DNA of 64,000 nt from Entomortierella parvispora E1425 (lineage: Eukaryota; Fungi; Mortierellomycota). Below, in pieces: positions 55,992-64,000 of the stretch (its first letter is position 1; each line of letters begins with the position of its first letter). The position numbers and the translations under genes were made by a program. Below the pieces are notes generated by a model. The model was not told the origin of the DNA. It was given only the letters and a program-made list of their open reading frames with translations, and did no database searches. The stretch lies in NCBI GenBank assembly GCA_020891255.1, contig BQFW01000006.1, positions 744,001 to 808,000 on the forward strand, written 5' to 3'.

Positions 55992-56752
55992 TTAGTCCTT
56001 CTCGAGGTTGATAGCGTTACCGAAGCGAGCGTAAAGAACTTTCTTGAGTGCATCCATCTTTTCAACAGCATCGTCCATCTGGCTCTTGATCTGTTCGATC
56101 TCCTCCTCCAACACCTCCTTTGCCTTGCTGTTCCGCTCCTGTGCTGCCTCCAAGGTCAATGATACAAAGGCTTCTCCAATGCGGTACCTATTTGCAGAAA
56201 GTGCATAAAAGCTCATTAGGAATATTATCCCCCAAGAAAAAAAGGTCATCCAGAGCCACTATCGGTCAACGTGTCCCGATCGTATTCCTGGCAGTGTTGC
56301 TTACTTGACAAGAGCCTCCTCATCTGTCAGCTCGAGCTCCTCGAGTTCTGAAGTCAGATCATCCAAGTATTCCTTCTCGGTCTATTATTTTAAAAAGAGG
56401 AGACCATGTCAATAACACGACACGTTTCTTTTTTGTTGGAGCTGTGTACTGTCACCAAGCAACCCGCTCCCAAATAGCCGAACAATCACGAACGGTACCT
56501 TCTTTGCATCATAAGACTCTTCCAAGAGCTGCAGTTTGTTGTTATATTTACTGAACTCATTGATGTTTTGCTGATCCTGCCATGAGACCTGGATGTCGGC
56601 CTCTTCTTCGTCTTTTTCGAGCTAAGGTGGTACGATTCGATGAACAGGGATAGATTAGAGAGTGCATCGAGTCATCCTTGAGTTTTGGTCCATGGCTTCT
56701 ATGCTTGCGGTCCTGAGCGTAGTGTTTGTCCTTGTGCCCTTACCATGCGCAT
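55992..56752 (-). CDS. GIM3: Prefoldin subunit 4 (multi-exon)
   Basis: MRM|LEKDEEEADIQVSWQDQQNINEFS; YRIGEAFVSL; LKKVLYARFGNAINLE. Confidence 0.93.
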
Positions 56753-57167
56753 GGTGAGTTATATGGATGTGCGTGAGTAGGTGACAAGTGGAAATGAACC
56801 AGGAGATGAAGCTCATGGACCCAAAAGCTTTGGTCGCGCCTTACTTAATGGGCGCGGCGCGCTGACAGTCATGTGACTACTCCCACTGAATAATTTGAAC
56901 TCGGTTTAATTTATAATGCCGGTTAAATTTAATCGGGGTCCCTTGGGTCCACTCAGCACCGAGGACGTGTCCAAGAACGCGCGGAGGGCTCTTGTGAACT
57001 TCTTTGTCATTGTTCTCCTTTCTTCCTTGTCCCACATCCCATTGGACATTCCCTCCTCTTCTTCTCTCTGCCTTGTCTTGCTTCTTAATTTTCGCCCTTC
57101 TTTCACCCACGCAGTCCGTCCACCCCTATTTCATCTTCGCATCCACTTGCGCATCAACCGAACAACC

Positions 57168-58250
57168 ATGCCAGAGAACGAACTCCTCGCTGCCTACAAG
57201 AGTGTGCCCATCGTTACGAGGTCCATCATCACGGCCACCATCCTCATCAGCTTTGGCGCCACCCTCAAGCTGATCCCCTTTTACTACCTCGGACTCGACT
57301 ACCGACAAATCATCTACAGATTCCATGTAAATAAGTCCACAAGTTGCAGTCTCTGGCACATGCCCGGAATGCAAAAATTCCTCATTCATCCTTTTTTTTT
57401 TCTTTCAAACTCACACGCCCTTTTTTTTGTCTTTCCTTTAGGTTCACCGACTCCTGACACCGTTCTTTATCACAGGAATCAACTTCAACTTCTTGTTTGA
57501 TCTCTATTTTCTATTCACGTATGGATCACAGCTGGAGACAACAACTTTTGCAGGACGATCTGCAGACTTCGCGTGGTTTATCATTTTTACCTGTCTATCC
57601 TCAGGGGTATGTAGGGGCGGACAGTTCAGGAATCAACTGCCGATCGAGATATGCTTGTTGAGTGTGAGCAACTCTAGGCTCTTCAGTGAACTAACGCCAT
57701 GCCACGGTTGGTTCTCAATTTTTATCCAATGTTGTGTAGATTATTGGATCGTACATGGGCCACGCCTATCTTTTCCAGGCAATGCTCATTGCCATTATTT
57801 ATTTGTGGTCGCAGTCGAACTCGGACAGGATAGTCTCGTTCATGTTTGGATTCCAGTTCAAGGTAACGCCAACCTCCATCTTTTTTTCTTTCCAAAGATC
57901 CAGAGTTCATACTGATATTGACAATTTATTGCTTCAAACAGGCTCTTTATTTCCCATGGGTGTTGGTCGCCTACACCTCGATCATGTCTGGAGCGGCGAT
58001 TCCCTGGGTCATGTTGATTGGTATTGCTTCGGCACACTTGTATTACTTCTTGGACTCTGTTTACCCGGCGATGGGTGGACCTAAGCTGATTCCAACCCCA
58101 AGCTTGCTGTACAGATTACTGCCAGCTCAAGAAGTAGCAGGTGCAGGATTCACAGCCGGAGGCACAGCACCAGTCTTCAGGGCAAATGCACCGACACAAG
58201 CAGCAAACGCTGGAGGTCATCGCTGGGGAAGTGGAAACCGTCTTGGGTAG
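57168..58250 (+). CDS. Derlin family rhomboid pseudoprotease with C-terminal SHP-box-like motif (multi-exon)
   Basis: YKSVPIVTRS; FAGRSADFAWF; IYLWSQ; YFPWVL; GIASAHLYYFL; C-terminal GHRWGSGNRLG. Confidence 0.93.
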
Positions 58251-58484
58251 ATTTCAGAGTCTTACGTCTAGAGACGATCTATGGCCGAATAAAACTGAAT
58301 GAAAGAACATGCATGCATGCATCGCGCGAAGCTTTGTGACTGTTTCCTCGCCTTGAGTCCGTGCGACGAGTTGATCGCCGGGGTCAAACGAACAGCGCCT
58401 CTTTGTTCACCGTTTCCCACTGTCATCCACTTCCCTCTGTCTTGTTCCCTCGCTCCTCCCTTCTCAACCCGGGCTATTCACCCT

Positions 58485-60762
58485 ATGGACAGCTCTTCGT
58501 CATTACCCAAGTCGCCGTCGACAACGACAACGGCCCCGTCTCCCCGCAGCAGTAGCGCTTATGAGAATATGCAACCAGCACCATCAAAAACACCGCCCAC
58601 CTCTAGGCTTTATTTCTTGTTGCAGACAACACCGCCTCCCCCTACTCGTGAAGATAGCAGCAGCAGTGCCATGGATGTAGATACCAGAGAAACGGACGCC
58701 TCTTCTTCCTACGCTGGCGTCAGGTTCCAACCCGGAACAAGATCCCCTGTGCAGACTCGGCCGCGACCTCCGCTTACCCCTCGGCGACCATGCTCACATT
58801 CAGCCGAGCTATCCATCTTGGGCCGACCCCGAAAGCTTGACCTTGGTCGACCGCTGCATCAAAACAGTGATGATAGAGATGTTGATCCTCTATCCAGGTC
58901 TGGCACTATGCGTAACAGGAGTGAATCGGAGACTGAACATACAAAGCCAAACGACGGGCGACATACCCCAGAATCCTCTAGTGCTCTTCGCATCCACTCG
59001 CACCCATGGGACTCGGGCGATGACGGACATATGGACCTGGATATGAACAGCCCCTGGAGTCAGGACAATATCAAGGAACCCCACCGTGGCTCCTCAAGTG
59101 ATATGCAAAACAAGAGGCTATCTTCTCTGGAGCGCGCAAAAAAACAGCCCTTGGTCAAAGCTCTAGATTCAAGAAAACGAGTTTGGCAACCAGCAAAGGA
59201 CCCTGCATTAGGACATGGAGGATTGAGTGCCAGCAGTGTGGATGATGATGATGGACGGACAGACGAGGATGAATTCTGGGATCCCAAAGTCGACGACGCC
59301 GACCAGAGACCTGCTCAACTACACCCACGGCAATGGTCGGCAAAGCGAGTGATGAAATCGGCAGAGCGTCCTCAGGCACCGTCGCGATTGCAACATCTCT
59401 TGAAGACAACTACAGGCCGCACCAGTGATATTTCTGGGACGTCCAGTGTTTCCAAGAGTGAAGGTCATGGATACGGTGACATGTTGAAACCACCATTTCT
59501 ACAGACATCCATCGCACTCTGGCATCGTGAAACGCCTTGTGCATCAAGCGCCTCTTCTGTCCCTTCGCCTTTTGGGAATGTACGATCTCAATCCGTGTCC
59601 CAGCCTCATGGCTCTCCATATCCACCATTTATGAGCTGGACTCGAGAGAATAGGACGGCTGCAATAGCAGGTATTAGAAGGGGTAAATATTCAGCTGCAA
59701 CGCCGACGGAGGCCCCAGCATCCAGTCGTTTGTCGTCTTTGCCTCTTCCTGCCATGAGGGTTATTGGCGGCCAATCCTCAAGATATGAAATTGTGGCGCT
59801 CCGAACTCCAGGTTCCTTTACTCCGCGGCGCTATGCAGTTGAGGATGAAAGCACGGTTGACCGGGATTGGCCGAGCTCGCCCCTTGCAGGCCATTCTCTT
59901 CAGCCGGACAAGAAGGATAGCAGACCCATCTCTGCTTCTTCACACGCACCAACAGACCAAGCCCCGCCTGCCCATTTATATCGCTCTTGCCTCTCCAAGC
60001 GTTCACCCTCTGATGGTGAAGAGGATCAGAAAGAAGTTGACCATTTGGACCAAGAATGCCACCCCGACAATATCAGCAACCTAACTTTCAGTGGTGGTGT
60101 TCGAGGGTATATGACGCCTAAGAGATCGTCTTCGTCTTCAACACCCCCACGTCCACCCATTCGGAACCGTAACGTACGTACTCGGATCGCTCCGTTACAG
60201 GACGCTCCTCCCAGGTACCAACTACGGCTATCGATGGTCTGGTTACTGATGTCTTATAGGGTCAAGTCCTTACTGATGACCTGTCATCTTTTTCATTTTT
60301 TTTTACATAGATTCCGAGACCGTTGGAGCCCATCCGATTCTGTACAGTCGCCCTGTTCCCGGAAGCTGAACAAACAGCCAACGGGTTTGCCAATGTCTCA
60401 ACGCGGTATGGTACTTCATGAAAAGTAGGTCTCAAAAGTGTTTGTTATGGCTCCTATAAGACGTGTCGCGCTTTTGTCCTACCTTTGTTTGTTGTGGTGA
60501 TGCGTTGCTCACCTTTTTATGTTTCGCCCTTTCGTGGCATAGTGAGCCCCTGAACAAAAAGGCGGTGTTCAGTCGACTTGTACCTCCAAAGGCATTGAAC
60601 TATGACAGCGAGCTGGAAACTGGCAAGTGCACCGCCTCTGACTTGGACCCGTGTGACTCTGCCGTCCTTCAGTCATCGTCAACGTCAACTGATATGACTG
60701 TGCGCCTTCCGCTCAAACCCGCCGACACCAACATTTCCTCTTTTGGCGTCACAACTGAGTAA
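58485..60762 (+). CDS. Hypothetical S/P/R-rich disordered protein (3 predicted exons)
   Basis: Long ORF from ATG 58485; probable introns near 60213-60311 and ~60408-60543; no recognisable domain. Confidence 0.55.
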
Positions 60763-62729
60763 AAACGAGTACGGTAGCCACAATGAACGCCCACAAAACT
60801 CTGCTCTACTGGAGAGATAAAGGCGGCGCACAAGAGTCAATGTCGACCAAAGATATGTGAAGGGGCCGAAACGGCGAAAATTTCCTCCCTTCATGTATTC
60901 ACGATGGATGGATCTGAACACAAGGATCGGAAACAGACGACTGACAAAATCGATTCCAAATAAAAATACTTGTTTGTGCGTTCTTGAAGGGAGAGGCACT
61001 GTCGCCATGATTCCCCCAGCTCGTTTTTGCAGACAGCTTTGACGCTCACTTCAGTGATGTCAAGAATACTGGCTCTCGAGCAGTATTCGGAGACCTTTTT
61101 TTTTTCTTGGGAGAGAAGAGAGAGGACCCTGAGTCGGAGCTTCGACTATGGAACCATGGCTAACGTTCTCAGCTGGAAGCGAACATCGAATGCCCGGAAT
61201 CGCTCCGTTTTTGTGCTCGGGTTCTTTACTTGGCAACTGGCGCATGCTAAAAAATTTCCTTAGTTCCTATTCAATTTCCAAGCCCTCAGACACAGAGCCG
61301 TACTTTTGGGTTCCTTGATTTAGGAATCATTGGCCGATTGGCCTCTTCCTCTCTTTCCCTCTTTACCTCTTGTCTTATTCCTGCGGGAAGGGTTATCCAG
61401 GGCTGCGCGCGCCCTCTCGGTCTTGGCAATAATTGCTAGCCCTCCCGATTCGTCTCTCCTCTTCTTCAGGAGCAGTTCATTGTAGGAAGGAGTTAGTACT
61501 CCCCTTGAACAGGCTCAACGGCCACCGAAGTGTTTGTCGTTATTGTAATGCTCATTGTCCAGGGCGAAGGGTGAAGGGTGAAGGGTGAAGGGCAGCTTAA
61601 AGAGAGATGATGTCCGGAAGAGCTGGTTGGTCGACTGTTTTAGAAAATTGGGTGTTCAGCAATCAATGAGTCCAACAGGACAAATGTCATGGTGATGTCT
61701 GTTCCCCGCTTGTGGATAGGGCTAATAGTGGGCGTGCTCATGATGGTCTCATTGGATCGGCCGAAGGGGTTGCGCTAGGTCGTCTTTTGGGCTGAATGCG
61801 GAATAGGGTGATTGAAAACAACTCAAAATTCAAAAAATGACGTGAATCTCCTGGGGTTGTTGTGCGACAACAAATGTGAGCGAGTAATTTTATGATTGAC
61901 GGGGTGAAGGGGCCTTTCTTCCGCTGCCAGGTCTCTTGCGGCGTGAGTGGACTACACAGGATGTGAAGAAACAAGAAGAATCGCGTCGTCATCTCTTTTG
62001 GCTCTTTGCTCGCAAGGTAAGAGGATAGATTTTCTCCCCGTTCATTGGCGCAACGCATGCATGACTTTGGCGTGCACGCTTGTACCTGTAAAATCACTCT
62101 CACCTTTTCATAGACCATTCCAGCGATCGACCCATCCACCATTCATTCGACTGTTCGATTGAATAAATGAAAAGGGCATAGTGCGCACCTTGTTTAGTCC
62201 TCTTGCCCTTTCGCCCCTCGGTGAAGCAGATGCGCATTTTCCTTCGACAGCCAACAAAAACCTCAGATATCGTGGACTCTAACTGTATCCCCGCTTTCAA
62301 GGGTGTCCTTGAGCCTTTGCTCCTTCTTTTTGTCCTAATCACTTGTCCTGACACTAGCACCTTTCACCCCACACATTCGCCTCCCCGAGAGAATTACATA
62401 AATATCCCCTTGGGGGTTGGTTCCCCTCTTTCTTATTTTTGTAAACTTCTGCACCTTCTCTTCCTCTTTCTCCTTTCTTCCGTTACCATCTTTTTTTTAT
62501 ATTTTTATCGCACTCCCCCCCCAGTTCTTAGCCCACCCATTAGACCTCCCTCCTTCCCCTTTCCTCTCGTCATCAATTTTGTAAGTTTTCAACAACTTTT
62601 GTTTCCCCTCTACAACTCTCGACGCGTCTCACCACACCTTGTAACAACCCTTCTCACCAGCTTGACCGACACTGCTTCTGCCAATAGCCCTTCTCATCTT
62701 CAAGGACAATCATCTAAAGAGCGCGAACA

Positions 62730-64000
62730 ATGGAGCCATCATCAGAGGAAAAGGGCGGTTTCCACAACTCACCCTCCTACAATTCCGGCGTCGCCACTCC
62801 AGGCGCCGCCTACCCTTCTTCGGGTTATTCTCAAGGGTCTGGCTCTGGTTCTGCGGAAAACTCACCGATGCAGCCGTATAACACAGACAATAGCATGGAA
62901 AAGATCGAAATGCCGGTGGAGGACATGACGAACATGAAGGGCGAGGCCGGTGGGTTGAAGCGCGACCTTCGCCTGCGTCATATGGTGATGATTGCGATCT
63001 CAGGCACGATCGGCACAGGTCTATTCTTAACCTCTGGAAAAACCATTGCAACGGCAGGACCATTGGGAGCCTTGGTTGCCTATATGGTGATTGGTGTTTG
63101 GTTGGTGTTTGTCTGTCAGGCGATTGGAGAGATTGCAACCTACATGCCCTTACCAGGTGCATTCACAGTCTGGGGTCTCCGCGTGTTTGATGAAGCGTTC
63201 TCGTTCCAAATGACATGGGTCTACTTCACCAACTGGGCCTTGACGATCCCTGCAGAATTGTCGGCATCGAGTCTGATCATTTCGTTTTGGCTGCCAGCTG
63301 GATCGAGTTTCCCTGTCTGGCTTGTACCGGTGATCATCATTATTGCTCTGGTCATCATCAACATGTTGGGTGTGGTAAGTGAGACTGTTAGAGTTGATAC
63401 CTCAACTTGTTTGTTTTCTCGGAGCACAACATGAACTATCTCACTTATACTACATTGAACGTACCAATACCTTAGAAAATCTACGGCGAGGTTGAATACT
63501 GGTTCAGTATCCTCAAGGTCGTAACCATCATTGTCTTTATCATCTGTGGTATCCTCGTCGACGCTGGTGCAGTCGGTGGAACCCGATATGGCGTCGACAA
63601 CTGGCATGGTGCTGGAACACCCTTCAAGGGCGGCTTTAAGGCCTTCCTTTCTGTCCTGGTCTCTGTTGGATTTGCCTACGGTGGTACCGAACTTTCTGGT
63701 GTCACTGCTGCAGAGTCAAGTAACCCTCACAAGCACGTTCCCAAGGCTGTCAACACAGTCTTGGTCCGAATCGCCTTCTTCTACATTCTCTCGATCTTCT
63801 TCCTCGCTTGCATTGTCAACAACGAAGACCCTCGCTTGATAAACACCTCAGGCACAACACAGAACGCACCCTTCACGATCGTGTTCCTCAAGGCCGGAAT
63901 GCACGGTGGAGCAGATTACATGAATGCGGTCATCTTCACGTCGATCGTCTCAGCCTCCAACTCTGACTTCTATGTCGCCACTCGCATGTTGCTTTCCCTC
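62730..64000 (+). CDS. Amino-acid permease (APC superfamily, fungal YAT type), 3' truncated by the window
   Basis: LKRDLRLRHMVMIAISGTIGTGLFL; GEIATYMP; YGEVEYWFSILKV; YGGTELSGVTAAES; MNAVIFTSIVSASNS. Confidence 0.95.

Noticed and set aside
60763-62729. ORFs between the hypothetical gene and the permease, including the (GAAGGGT)n run near 61565
   Set aside because: Low complexity and no homology recognisable by eye

Overview
Eukaryotic (fungal) genomic DNA with GT-AG introns and CTAAC-type branch points; an early-diverging fungus, probably Mortierellaceae-like (inference). Housekeeping genes: samB/MUB1, GPATCH1, S8 subtilisin, RNase H2 subunit C, AP-2 mu, complex I 51-kDa subunit, nudE, prefoldin 4, derlin and an amino-acid permease. 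Three accessory blocks interrupt them. (1) A 7.75-kb Mutator-like (MULE) transposon at 44060-51805 has 23-bp imperfect TIRs and a perfect 9-bp TSD. It encodes a DDE/SWIM transposase and, divergently, a spliced ~1330-aa protein that fuses an N-terminal XPG/FEN1-family nuclease to a C-terminal Fanzor (TnpB-like RuvC). A structured omegaRNA-like segment ends at the TIR. This is the best candidate for an undescribed system. (2) A second, divergent, ~1600-codon, 8-exon Fanzor gene at 8289-13763 has one in-frame stop and no detectable element ends. (3) An orphan-gene island (~18.1-32.8 kb) holds three paralogues of an unrecognised N-terminal domain around a ~4.3-kb palindrome with near-identical 1.77-kb arms and a nested hairpin. 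Exon structures were reconstructed by eye and are predictions.
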